DNA of 63,336 nt, filler included, from Circinaria calcarea (lineage: Eukaryota): NCBI GenBank assembly GCA_051942165.1. It is 11 parts of 11 records of this genome, joined end to end, with 100 filler letters (N's around TTAATTAATTAA, not from the genome) between each part and the next. Parts side by side here need not be neighbours in the genome. Positions count along the whole stretch, not along the records: positions 23,107 to 28,773 come from JAVECS010001826.1; positions 28,874 to 34,540 come from JAVECS010001827.1; positions 34,641 to 40,307 come from JAVECS010001828.1; 8 more parts are not named here. The stretch is one strand, 5' to 3'. The notes beneath the pieces are model-generated. The model was given only the letters and a program-made list of their open reading frames with translations. It did not search any database and was not told the origin of the DNA. The position numbers and the translations under genes are program-made. Of this stretch, positions 25,876 to 38,504 are shown in pieces. The stretch's first letter is position 1; every line of letters begins with the position of its first letter.

Positions 25876-26018
25876 GTCCCGTTCCCCTACTCTTTCGATA
25901 CCTCACCATTACTTTCGTCTTGTTATTCGTCCATTGTCGAGTTCATCCTCGCTGCCTTACGTCTTCCAATACACCAAGCCCCGTCTCACCAACCGACGCT
26001 CCCAAAAGTCAAAGAGTC

Positions 26019-26513
26019 ATGGAGATGGATTGGTCGTTGGACTACTGCCTCGCATGCGATCGACAGACTGCGGGAGAAGCGTATTGCTCTCAGGTCTGCC
26101 GCCTCGCCGACCTTGACTCATCGTCCTGCGGTTCCGAACCTGCCTCGCCAACCACCGAGAACACACCTTTGACCTCTTGGAGCTCGAGCGGCAAGGTTCC
26201 ACACGCCGGCTTCCATCTCCCTCCTGCCTTTGACTTTTCCGCCTACCGTTCTCATACACCGCTCTCAAGTGTCGCCATTCGCACTCCATCTGTGGATTCA
26301 CGTTTTACTCGCAATTCAAAGAACTGTGGAGCTTTCTCTGCATCATCCCCTCGAACCCTTACGCCATCGTCGTCTCAGACTTCCCTCACTTCGATGCACA
26401 GCATGTCGGCCTCGAACGAGTCCATCTCTACCCAGGCCAGGGATGAGCTTCGAGACTATACAAACTCCTTTGATCAGGTTAGAGATTGGAGGAGACGTAT
26501 GATAGCTTCGTAA
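26019..26513 (+). CDS. Ecl1/2/3-family (extender of chronological lifespan) zinc-binding protein, 164 aa
   Basis: MEMDWSLDYCLACDRQTAGEAYCSQVCRLADL (CxxC-x9-CSxxCRLAD), LPPAFDF, Ser-rich middle, ELRDYTNSFDQVRDWRRR. Confidence 0.85.
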   Translation: MEMDWSLDYCLACDRQTAGEAYCSQVCRLADLDSSSCGSEPASPTTENTPLTSWSSSGKVPHAGFHLPPAFDFSAYRSHTPLSSVAIRTPSVDSRFTRNSKNCGAFSASSPRTLTPSSSQTSLTSMHSMSASNESISTQARDELRDYTNSFDQVRDWRRRMIAS

Positions 26514-28773
26514 CGTCCGAGTCGTTGTTGATCGCATACATACCATGGAACTACCCGACGAGCTACGATGGCAACCGGCTTACAGACCGACTTCCATTTG
26601 GACTTTTTCGACCGTATCTCTCTTTTTTACATATTCATCATGTATCAAACACCTTTCCATCACACTACATTTTATTTGTATCACCAAAAGTACATTCAGG
26701 AGTCCCAGGCGCACATTACAAAATTTATCATGGGATTGGGACAACATTCAATGCATCACGGAGGTTTCTTTGCTTGAGCGTAAAGGGGTGGGCCAGGGCA
26801 CTTTACTCAAACTACACTTTGCATTGCGACGGCGATGATACCACATGGGCTGAGCGTTTGGGTGGGATCGAAGGCGAAGGCGAAGAATGGCAGCGGTGGA
26901 GTGACTAAGTGGTCTCGTCTTGAAAGTGGCGTCGCAGCACACGACTGACTGAGTAGTGAGCTGGGTGAGCAGGGTCAGGAGTTGTGTACAAGGGAGGCAT
27001 CCCAAGCGATGCTTTCGTCATCATCGTGAATCAATACCATATACCCCTTATCACACCGTACTTTACAGCCACATGATTACTATTGAAAATCATATACATC
27101 ATTAAAGTTGGAAGTCGTTATCTAAGGGAGAATATCCACCTAGCATAGCCCTTGAATCGAATGGGTGCAAACGGTCAAGGATTGGGGGGTTTTGGCCAAG
27201 TAAGCTGTCACAACCCGTAAAAAGCAAACTAGGTCCATGTGACCGGTTGCCGGCCTTAGGGCTGTCACAGGTACATCGGAGGCACCTCCGCAGAGACAGT
27301 AATTCCTTCGAACAAGACCCAAAATATCCATCTGATCACACCCGTATTTGGTAATCCCACCAAGTCCCACTCATTTCTCAACATAGTGCTTATTGCGTTA
27401 CGGGTACGGTGTAGCGACCGGTGCTATCTCCGGGTGGAAAAAACCATGTCAGGCCGGCCCCCCCCCCCCCAAAAAAAACCATGTATACGTACGTACGTAT
27501 TCGATGGTCTTGTGAGCGACCGACAAAGACCCTTTTAGACCCTTTCTTTTTGGAACCTGAAAATGTTTTGTTTTTAATATTAATAATCTCAAACATATTT
27601 TATTTATTTCGGTGTGGGATGTGCCATACGGAGATTCCCTCCGTTCATATTTATTACTTCCGTACTGCGTTAACGTCGTGTCCCTCCCCCCCCCCTTACC
27701 ATACCGAGGTTCTTTTAACCAAGTCCCATGGCATCCCCATCCCACAGCAGAGAAAAAAAATCCTTGCGCCGTATTGGCCCACCGGTAGTAATCGAGGGGG
27801 TCTTCCCAAATCGAATCGAGGCTACTCTACCGTCTAATCGGGCACTACTACGAATGGGTGAAATCCACGGGTCCGAAGAGGAAAACCAAATCTGATCTCA
27901 AATAGCCGCCCCCGTCCAAAAGTTAATCTCGGGACACATGGTCTAGTGTCCGGACTCAAGTCCCAGTCGAAGGCAAGGAAGTGTGAGATCATAGGCCCTA
28001 GGGATGTTTCTGAAGGGGAACTCATCGTGCGCAAAAGGCGCGGCTGCACTCTAGGAGAATAAAAAGATGAACTAGCAAGGTCTTTGGACTGTTGGAGAAC
28101 CTGGAAGCCGGGCGAACACATGGGTCGTAAGATTCGGTACTGCTCGTATTCGGGTCGGCCGGATTTTATACTTTGAACCTCAAGACTCCCAAGCGGCCCT
28201 GGAGCAAGAGAGGGCGGCTTACTGCCATGACGCTAGTCCGTCAAACTCTACTTACTGTCCCACCTCACGAAAGGAGGTCTATCGTACGGAGGATATCTAG
28301 TCCAATCATGATGACCAGCTAGTGGCCGCTGGCATCCACCCTCTCCGGGGGGACATTCTGCCACAATTCTCTTTTCTCTGTAGAGGTCGAACATCAGCAC
28401 GGCCCCTCGCCTTTCTGCTCCTTCAGCCTCGAGGATCTCGAGGGATCTCGATCGAGGACTAAGGACTAGCGTGAGATCTGGTGGAGGTCCGGGGTGTTAG
28501 CGACGATACGATCGATCCCGTTATATTGGGAAGGAGCGGCAGGGGGAAGAGGCTAGCGGGGCCTCTGAGGCTTCTGGGAATGAGACGGGGGGTTTTGGAG
28601 ATTCCGCTTTCGTTTTCGGTTTTCCCTGTGAGCAATGTCGTCAGGGCTTTCGAGGCGGGTGAGCAGAAGTCGTTGCCGAGAATAAGGGTATGGTACTGGA
28701 AGGGCCCTCACACAGAAATCATAGCTCGTCAAACAAAAGAAGGCTTCGAACGTAAGTTCCGGCTCCAAAGACT

Positions 28774-28873
28774 NNNNNNNNNNNNNNNNNNNNNNNNNNN
28801 NNNNNNNNNNNNNNNNNTTAATTAATTAANNNNNNNNNNNNNNNNNNNNNNNNNNNNNNNNNNNNNNNNNNNN
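28774..28873. other. Artificial contig linker
   Basis: 44N-TTAATTAATTAA-44N. Confidence 0.98.
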
Positions 28874-29172
28874 GATGGCAAAATAGAAGTTGTGCCATTT
28901 CGCAGAGGCGAGAAGACTTGGTCGTTATGTTGGATAGATGGTTAGGATTAGGATACCATTGTACACGCTTATCATCAGCTCGTATTCATAGCAGACATTC
29001 ATTTCATGAGAGGGATCTCATTCATTGATATGCATAGGTAAGAGTATGGCCCGAAAGTCATGCATATAGGGGGGGAAAACAACATTTCTAAGTCCCGCGC
29101 TCCTTCTTCGCTCGCTCTCACAACGTTTGTTGCACCCCTCGCCCTACCTAATGGTGTTGATGTCGATCCTTA

Positions 29173-31361
29173 TTGTTGGATTTTCTCGATGTCGCAGATC
29201 CTTTAATCCAATATCGACGATCTCTTTACGAAAGCAAGACCGCATATTTCACGCAAAGAACCTCGAGTAACAAGAAGAGATACGTCTATAACTTCAAAAA
29301 CCACTCGCTCCTCAACACTATGTTCAGGTTTGCTGATCGTTCAAAGGGAGATAGAGCCTAAATTCGATTGAAGTGCAGCGTCTGCTCTGAGTCGAATTAC
29401 TTCATTGACCGTACTCCTCGTTATGAGATAGCAACTGGAGTCTACCTGTCTCGCACTTTTAAGTACCTTTCCCGTTGCGCTTCCAAACGAGTTGTTCCCT
29501 TCGTCACCTTCGAAGCAAGCATACCATCCAGAAATTCATCAATGCAGCCGCAGCCTATAACAACGCTAAGAATCGCGAAATCGCAAAGAATATGACTTTC
29601 GCATCACGGACAGATCTGGAAGCTACAAATTCAGATCTGTTCGAGGCGTGGATCAGCGTCCAAGGATTCGAATGCCCCAGGAAAGACCGGAAAGAAGTCG
29701 TTGTCGACTGTGCTGACAGAATCCGACTATGGCTGGAATGCCGAAAATGTAGATGACGTCGAGCTACGGGGTCCGGCTAGACAGCCTCGAACCCGGGTAC
29801 ATAGCGTTACAGTAGGACCTGAAGAGGTTCGATATATGACAGACCTCGACGGACTTTCAATATACGGCCTGCGTAGATGGATCAAGTCCAAGGGTTGGAC
29901 AAGGCGTGTCGCTGGGATCAAATCAGCAAGATTGCTCGAACTCGCTCGAAGGATTTGGAACAATCCGGAGATCGTCCGCCATGAGGTTGCTCTCGCGCAG
30001 ATCTCGGTGAAATGCCAAGAGAGCATCTACGAACCTGGATTCGATCTCGAGGGTGGGCGCGGGAGACTCAGAAGATACGCAAATAGGGATTGCTTGACTT
30101 GGCTCGAAGGATCTGGGATAATGAAGTATCCTTTGATAACATCCCTCCCGCGCTCAACAAAGTTCAAAGCCGTAAAGATCTTGAAAAGCTGTCAAACCGC
30201 ACGATGTCTAAGTGGATCCGCTTCTATGGTTATGCAGTCGCCGCTTACGATACACTGCCAAAGGAACAGTTATTAAATCAGGCTTGCAAGGTCTGGATTC
30301 ATTTGAAAAGTACCATGGACTATAGCGTTGATAGAGCGGAAGACCTAAAATCAAAGCAAAGGGAACCCACTCGCGCCATCAAGGACTCCAAAATCCCCAA
30401 AAATTGTTCAGACCTCGTGAAGATGAATGCAAATGAGCTTCCCAAGTGGATAAGGTCTCAAGGAGTTATCATTCCCGGGCTTCAATGGACAAGGGAACTT
30501 CTCCTACCTCTGGCTGAGAAAGTATGGGCTGCTCTTAACGATGGCCAACCTCTGCCGAAAGATGTGCGGATGGTCCGGAAATCCCCTGAAAGCCGTCCCG
30601 GTATAATTCATATGCTTGGGAAAGACCTAAGGCTTTGGATCAAATCTCACAACGTACCCATGGGAGCGAAAGTGACGAAGATCGAACAGATTCGGTCTCT
30701 AGCTGAGCAGGTATGGGATGCCATACAGAACAGTACTTTGTTCGACCTAAGGAACAAGCGGAGCCACTTGAGACTGGACAAGGTGAAGGGGCCTCAGACT
30801 CGGGAGGACCTTGGGAAAATGAATGGGAGGGACCTAGAGTACTGGATTGCTTGCCAAAAAACTCGCCAAGGTTATACGCCGGGTGTTGAAAGGGTAGAGT
30901 CGAACAGGCATGAATATGAGTGTGCTATGAATGCGCAACACTGCAAAAAAGCACCATGGGCCAAAGCCCCTATATGTAGAGCCGCATGACGAAACCAGAA
31001 TCTTTCACCACTTCGCCACTCCCGCCACATGTGCCGTATTTCCGTTCTAGACCCCTGAAATCGCCTAATTTCAACACCGGGTAATGGTATAACAAGTAAG
31101 CGACTGGCTTTCGCTGAGACAATATGGGACGCTATAGAAGCCGGTACCCTAGACAGTTTGCCCAAGCGCAACTCAGCGCCACCAAATAAGGTCAAAGTGC
31201 CTACCGCCATAGAACACTTTAGACGAATGGGTGTGGCAGACATGATCCTTTGGATAAGGTCTCAAGGGGTGTTGGTTAAGGGGCGTGACGCAAAGAAGGA
31301 AAGAGCTATAGCTCTAGGCGAGAGGACGTGGGATGCCATCGAGAGCGACAACGCTGGATGA
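29173..31361 (+). pseudogene. Disrupted gene encoding 8 tandem ~40-aa SAP/HeH-like repeats (DLxxMxxxxLxxWI[RK]SxG...LAxxIW)
   Basis: Repeats are visible across ORFs 29475, 29701, 30090 and 31158. In-frame TAA 29359 and TAG 30084, about 3 frameshifts, and one insertion. Confidence 0.7.
30877..31081. mobile_element. 205-bp MITE-like insertion (Tc1/mariner type, TA target duplication)
   Basis: Ends CGCCGGGTGTTGAAA ... TTTCAACACCGGG, flanked by TA (30875-76 and 31082-83). Removing it plus one TA (207 nt) restores repeat 7 in frame. Confidence 0.6.
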
Positions 31362-34300
31362 GCTAAAAAGCGAGTATATTTTCCCGATACGGTCGAAAAT
31401 TCAAGGAGGTTGAGGCATTATCAGAGGAAGAGCTTTAAGGACAGATGAATCTTTGTAAACCCAAATAAGGTTCAGGTGATCCGCCTTGACTGTCAGATGA
31501 CAAATAAGCAATTGTTAGTCTAGGGTTCAGACTGTTACTAAATCCAAGCTCTAAAGTCTTTAAATATATTTCGAATAGGGATTAGCTCCTAAAGGAGGGA
31601 CCCTCCTTGTCAGGTGTTAGTATACTGCACAATGCTAGGAGTTACCAACGCTGGCTTCTGCGCAGGCGGGTTACTGCGCCAAGCCATATCACGTGCTGTA
31701 CGTGCGGTATGCTGTAGTGACTTCACGTTCTTCCACCACCCCCTACCTACCGACAGCGGAGCGCTGGCGCGCAGCCCTCTAACACAAAGTTTCGAAGCCA
31801 TGTGTTTCCGCACACATCGAAAAAACTGCATAGCGGTCCTTTTTCTTTTTTCTTTCCCTTACTAGGCGTTGAGATTAGAGGGGAAGCAGAGAAAATGGTA
31901 AAGCGTAAAAGAGAAAAAAAAATAGATTCACGATAAAGGGCAGTAGATATATATATGGATGGAGATGTTTCACAGTTTTATTATCCAAATCAGTAGAAAA
32001 TGAGGCAGCAAAGATAACAAGGGAAGACAGGAAAGGTCCACGCATGTTGGGGGCGGTACTGGTAAGCGGGGCCATATATATGGTAGAGCCTCTGCTTCTA
32101 AACTTCGAGCTTGGAAAAATACAAATACCTCGTTATTAACTAGGCAGCGCGCTAGATCAGTAGTAAGGCGAGCTGAAGGGAGCATTGAGGGAGCACCAAG
32201 GGAGCAAATAGATAAAACGGGCTCTTAGCGCGCGAGCAAAGCGGCGAGGGCTTCCCATCAGCCTAGAATTTATATATTACCTTCATTTCTTCGGGGGGAC
32301 TTATATAAACATACACATGGATCATCCATTCCTTCCGAGCATTTATCAAAAGATCAGCACTTGGGTTGATTTATCAAAACTTTTTCAATTCAACAATCCA
32401 AAAGGAGAGGATGGCGATCAAAAAGGTCCAGAACAGCGCGCCCCCCTTTTTTTTATATATGGTATGTAAGAATGACATTCTTCAACGAAAGAGAATTCCA
32501 AAATATCAACATGTATTCCTATAATAACAACATGTTGAACCTCGAAGTTTTCCGACGATGGGTCGTAAAAAAAAGAAGAAAAAATCCACCTCCCCGATAT
32601 AGACTCCAGTACCATTAGGCTGTCACTCGAGTTAGCTTCTGCGCCCCTTGTAGCAAACCGGGATCTAATCATATGACTGCTAGATTTATCCAGGACCGGA
32701 GCATCTTTCCCTACAAAAGTATAGCGGTAACCGTACCTTTTCTCTCCCGGTATGGTATGCAGCTACTCTACGAAGAAAACATAAGCTCTATTAGGCCCTT
32801 GACATGGCTTGATAGAAACCCACAAGAGCCCGGACGAGAAAGAATAAAAGGAAGGGGGGGCGGAAGAAGGGGAAATGAGAAATCATTTCAAAAAGTTCCT
32901 GAAGAAGTTCCGAATCAGTAGCTTAACAGGCCTGGTTAACAGGGCTGGCAATGGGCCAGATAGAATCTTGTGTTAATCCCCTACCATATACCGCCTTATC
33001 TACTACCCTATGGTATTTGGGAGGTGGGGCCCGGGGACACTTTGTATACGCGGGGGGACGTCTTAAGGTTCGAAAAAACGGGGGTCCTCTTTTCTCCCCG
33101 AGGTTTCGAGCCCCTTGGCCATGTTGACAACAACCCCATACCATAAACTCCCTTGAGGAGTGGGGTCTCTCGAAGTGTAAAAGGACAGTCCTACGCTAAC
33201 ACTTGTTTTATTTTGAAAGTTTCCGGATCCTGTCACACTACAGAGGGCGGGGGACAGCTCGGGCTAGGGTATACCAGGGGGTGGGGTATTCTACTGCACG
33301 GAACTGTTTTTTATGTAGGGAAAACGGGGATTAGGGTCAGTAAATAACCAATAATACGGCCCTCTGTGTATTCCTAGCCTGAGCTGTACGCCCTGCTGTA
33401 CGAGAACTTTGGTCAGAAGTCGTAGCCAATGGCGGCTAATGCGTGAGAGGCCTCTATCTATCATATGCGGATGAAGGACCGTAGATCTCCGAGGCGTCTT
33501 GATAGCAGTACGTAGTTTCTATCGACGACCGTTACGTATACCCTAGTTGAATGCTGTCCTGAACCCTATGAAGCCATGGCATGGCAAATGAGGGGGGCGG
33601 GCTGTCAAATTCTTACGAATCCACACAACTACATACACATCATGTATTCTGGATTGCTCTAGACTTGAAAATCCAAACAGCGTCTTGCAATCTGCTCGAG
33701 TAAAAGAACGGAACGGAGGTTATCCCGCTATCTTTGACAATGTTAGTAGTGCGGGAGATCGTCGAGGGTGGAGCATGAGTTTCGGGTAAGCGAGAAAACA
33801 AACCTCGGACTGGTTGAAGGGATTCGTGCGGTTCGACGGGCATTACTCCGTATCATTAGTTTCCTTTTTCCCTCCTCGTTAGTCTGCTTCGTCCTTGCTT
33901 TTTCCGCCCGTGGCTCAGCGCAACTCCTCCGATAAGTGGTTCCGTGCTAAACATGAAAGCGGTGGTCTGGGATTGTACCACCATCCATTCCAGTCGCAAG
34001 AGAGTTAGCCTACCTTTTGACACAGCCGCTGTGCACCCAAACATACTCCATACCTAAAAGCTTCAACGCCTGAATGTGTGGTGGCACACCTTCAGATAAC
34101 AGTTGTGTTTGCCTGAGATCGGTACATGTTAAACCAACGAACTTGAGACTAGACCCCTTTGGATTCTTACGTAAATGACACACATGTGCTGGATGAAATT
34201 ACAGCTCCGTAAAGGATATTTGTCGACGGGGATCTAAAAGCGAGCCCCACCAAGATAATAACCGCGGTAGTCCGAATTCAGCCCTTTTCCTGAGCGCCAC

Positions 34301-34540
34301 GTACCAGGTGGCGTAAACAGAGGAGATAGCTCCGGCGAGCAAACTCTTGCGAATTTTGTTTGACAGAAAAGCGTACGGGACATACTCCGTGAACGAAGAA
34401 GAAATGCTCAAATGCAGGGCCTGATATGCGGACCAGGATGGATCGACGTGTTCGCGTGAGATCGAGATTCTACGGATGTTAGTCCGGTTTTAGTCCGATT
34501 TAGACCCTTTCTTTTCTTTGATCACCAAAACCGGCCGCTT

Positions 34541-34640
34541 NNNNNNNNNNNNNNNNNNNNNNNNNNNNNNNNNNNNNNNNNNNNTTAATTAATTAANNNN
34601 NNNNNNNNNNNNNNNNNNNNNNNNNNNNNNNNNNNNNNNN
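34541..34640. other. Artificial contig linker
   Basis: 44N-TTAATTAATTAA-44N. Confidence 0.98.
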
Positions 34641-34773
34641 CGAACCCGAAGAAGAGGACTGCCCGGCACTGCTACTGTGGGTTTGGGGTAGGCGCTGGCG
34701 GCGTACAAGATTCTCATCAGCACCTATCCCGGTGGTTAATCCTTTCGCCGCTCGCGTCAATTGGCGCTTCTTG

Positions 34774-36312
34774 TCAAATTCTTCGAAACTCTCGTCTGGT
34801 TTCTGGAGGCTTTCATTCAGCTGTACGTTAGATTTGAAGGGGGGAAGGGGGGGGGGAAACTATACCCATGAACATGGCAGAATGTTGATGACATTATCGT
34901 CGATCTTGTAGATGATATTTCCGATGAAGTCGTTTGGATGCATTGAAGATGAATAATCAAGCCACTCGCCATTTCGGTCACTGAACCGGTCAACTTGGAT
35001 CTTGATAGGCTCTGTTGTGATGCCTAGAAGCTCCTGAACAATTTCGTTGAATCGTGTCTGGGTATCAAGCCCAGGGTCATTGCCAGTGGTCACAAATTTC
35101 CATTGGCGGGCGGAGAGAATGTCTCGTCCGTCTCGGACTACGATGTCATGCTGTAATCGAAGCATTAGTGACAAATCACATACAACTGGACAACGGGTAC
35201 CGTACGAAACGTCTGACAACGATGATTTCTTCCTCATGCTGAATAGATCTGAGTCTGGTTTCAAGTTTGGCATCGGCTCTTCTTGACCTAGTTTCCCTAA
35301 GCTCAAAAACATCTGACTCAGGTCGGGTTTCGTTCGCCTTTAGCTTCACAAGCACCAGCAGTACATCGCTGAATGCAAGAGGATAGAGTTGGTGGGCGAG
35401 CTCCCAGAAAGTGGCAGCGGTATACGGTGCTTGGAATAGGACGGCTGCTTCACGCGCCGGGCGGACGAGGTAACAGTGAGTCCCGGGGATTCCCAGGGGT
35501 TCCTTTGGCAACACGTCCACAGCTGAGCCCTTGCTGCTTTCCCCTTCACTAGCGGGTTTCCTGTGGGACTTGCCCTTGTGCTTAGCTTGCGAGTTTTTAC
35601 CGTCTGACAGCTCTTTTTGAAATGGTTTCTTATCCGTCCCTTTGGATTGGCCGCGATCGTCCTTGGCCGCCTCATCCATGTTGCTCTCCCAATAGCTACT
35701 GTCGTGGAACGACAAGTCCTCTACCTCATTCTCAGGCTGAATTATTTTTGGTACAGAGGATACTGCTTGTGATGGAACGGACTCAGGGTTGTTGTCCTTC
35801 AGTACTCCTTGAAATATCTTCTTACCCTTACCATGCCGGAACGGTGAGTATCCTAAACCACTCACCGATCCTTTAAGCCTTGGATCGCTAGGGACCAGTG
35901 GTTTCTTAAAGGTATTCCCAGACCCGTCTACAAGCCTGATGCCGATTTCATTTCCTTGGAGCTTTTGTCCAATATCTTCAACAACTGGCTTGTCTTTGTT
36001 TCTGATCAAGAATTGATCGAGAGGAAGCGTCTCAGTATCGCAGACATAATCTTCATATGTAAAGAGCCTGGCTAAACCGCCATCTTGTTCATCATCCATC
36101 ACGTAATCCATTGGCATCCCATCCACCAGGTCAAGATTCCCTTCGTCATCGCTCAAGACAATTTCTTTGCTTCCGCCGAATGGCTTCACCTTCTCATCAC
36201 CGAAATAGGTATCATCTATAAAGTCGGAAAAAATGCCAGCAGGTGCCTTGTAGTCCACTATAGGGTCCCAGGGTTTATATCCTGTTCCCACCCCTCCATT
36301 GTTGATGGTCAT
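34774..36312 (-). CDS. Hypothetical (orphan-like) protein; 2 probable introns
   Basis: The 378-aa ORF 35176..36312 splices (GTACGG..CTAAT..CAG) in frame to ORF 34860..35312. A further GT-AG intron gives a short last exon LNESLQKTRREFRRI*. No motif recognised. Confidence 0.55.
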
Positions 36313-36862
36313 TTTTTGCTGCTTGGGTAGGATAGGGTAGAGCCAGGTGCGAGCAGATATGACATGTGTTAATTATGACGAGAGGAGGACTAGAATTGTC
36401 AAAACATCGTTTCTGTTGATAACATGTAAGTGCAAAGCTATGTACAAGGTCGTAAAGAATGTCCATGAAGGCAGCTATACATGTCATAAAAAAATGGAGT
36501 AGGCGGTAGAACAAAGCAAGAGTATCACAGCCGTTTGCAGCTCGAAATCTTTAGTAAGAGACATAGCGAGCACAAAGATAGATGAATAAGAAAAAACCAT
36601 CTGGGGATTGACACCGACTTCCCCTATGTCTTACTGACAATGTTCAGGAAACCGATTTCGAAAGCAAAGCACTCCTGCTTGCCGCATTTAGTTAGGGTTG
36701 TGTGCTAAGTACCGCTCGAGGAATGCGCTAAATTCGGAAGAAAGAAGAAAGCGTACACTCCAGTGGCTCCACGGTCGCGGACATTGCAACATGCCAAAAC
36801 ATTCAACAGTTGCTTGTTGGCCTTCACGCTTTGCAAAGCAACGTCTTAACCTGGCGAAGTGA

Positions 36863-38504
36863 TTACTTGGACTCCCAAAACTTCCATATATGCGACACAA
36901 TCTCCTGTGATATTGTAATTGGAAGATCATGCCCAGCATCGCAAACCTCGAATCGCACGTTCTCGGGCCCTAAGGTTTCCTTGGCATCTTCCATCAACTC
37001 TTCCACGTTTATGATCGGGTCACTTCTTCCGCAGACTATGAGGACCTTATCGCTATGAGGCTTTTCGTCTAGGTTTCCGATGCAAGATTTCTGGGCAGCA
37101 AGTTGTCTGCTGATCCGTCTCCACTCCTCGTGCTGTGTGCTAATAGGACCGTAACGAATGCTGGACGTGTAGGACGAAATGAAACCTTGGTGATATTGAA
37201 GCTGCCAAGCCTACAGTGATAATAACGGTCAGCCTACTCTAGCGTCATAACGAGAGACAGCCATAAGGAAGAGATACTTACCACGGCTTTTGCAACAGTC
37301 ATTTCCGGCCGTCGTTTTGACAATACCGCAGCGCTGAAAGTATCCTTTCTAGGCGGTATCTCGCCAGCAACTGGTGCATCCGCATCCGCATCCTCTGACG
37401 TCGCCGGGGTTGAAGCTGTGTTTCCGCTCAATTTCCTCCTGGCCAGCCAACCCAGAATCCACTCCGGGAAGAGACCCGTCGAGTACAGTAGTTTATTGAA
37501 ACGATTGAAATGATGCGGTCGAATGAGACCTCCTGGCGCTATGAGGACCAGGGAATCAACAAGGTTTGGGAAGTAGGAAGTGAAGGATGCGGCGATGCCT
37601 CCACCAAAGGAGTATCCAATCAGGGAGAACCTTGTCCAAGGTATAGGCGAGGAAGTCACGGCCAGGAGTATGGCAGTTGTATACAGGCGTGTGTCATGTG
37701 GGAGAGAAAGCGGTGTATCACTCCAACCCCGGCCCCAAAGATCTAGGTTCAGGTTAATGCTGCTCTGGGGAAATGGTTACGTGTTGTCATTTGGGGCACC
37801 CAGAACAGCCAAAAGGATATAGGAATATTACAAAAAAGCGAGAAATGGACTAGTAAGCGATAGGTAGTATCAACAAAGTCAGAGATTCAGGGTGACGCCT
37901 GTGATACTCAAGTCTATAATGATTGTAATCTCATAAGTGTGGAGAATTCGAGGGTGAACCATAGAACCCCCAAACCCTCTCAACAAGATATTCTTCAGGT
38001 AAAGTAGTCCCTTAAAAAGTCGATGTAACATACCAAGGAGCATGACCCTACATCCCTTCTCCGCTAGCCCTTCTGCTAAACTGCCTGAATCGCCCCACCG
38101 AAAGTCAGCACCAACCCTAGCTCAGTCCTTCTCAATTTCGTTGCTTATCTTTATCCCATAAAGGTCCGAATGTCCCACTCACCAAGACTGACGCACATAG
38201 TACTAATGCCATGAACCAGTAAGACCTTCCTTCCCTCCGGCGGGCCCCATTCATAAACCCTCAGGCTGCCGTACGGGCTCTCCACGTCTCTCGCTCCGGG
38301 GAAGATATCTGGAGGATAGGGAAGGTTTTTGATTTCGGAGGCTGAAAGGGAGGGAAGAAGGGTCTTCAGAGGGGAAGGGATGTGATTTTGGGGTCTGATC
38401 GCGGGGGATGATGACGTGACTTTGTAAAGAAGATAGAGCGAGAGTGCCGAGAAGGACGAGATAAGCGCCGTGGTTATCAGGGGGCGGGAAAAGGCTGTGG
38501 GCAT
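36863..38504 (-). CDS. Alpha/beta hydrolase fold protein with N-terminal membrane anchor; 3 introns
   Basis: YEWGPPEGRKVLLVHGIST, DLWGRGWSDTP, nucleophile elbow GYSFGG, C-terminal DAGHDLP, stop at 36863. Confidence 0.9.

Noticed and set aside
27100..28773. Homopolymer-rich, possibly transposon-derived sequence (similar in character to 31400-34540 and 52430-54050)
   Set aside because: No terminal repeats or coding motifs could be pinned down.
37745..38033. Unusually long (~290 nt) intron in the hydrolase as a possible snoRNA host
   Set aside because: No convincing C/D (RUGAUGA..CUGA with terminal stem) or H/ACA structure seen.
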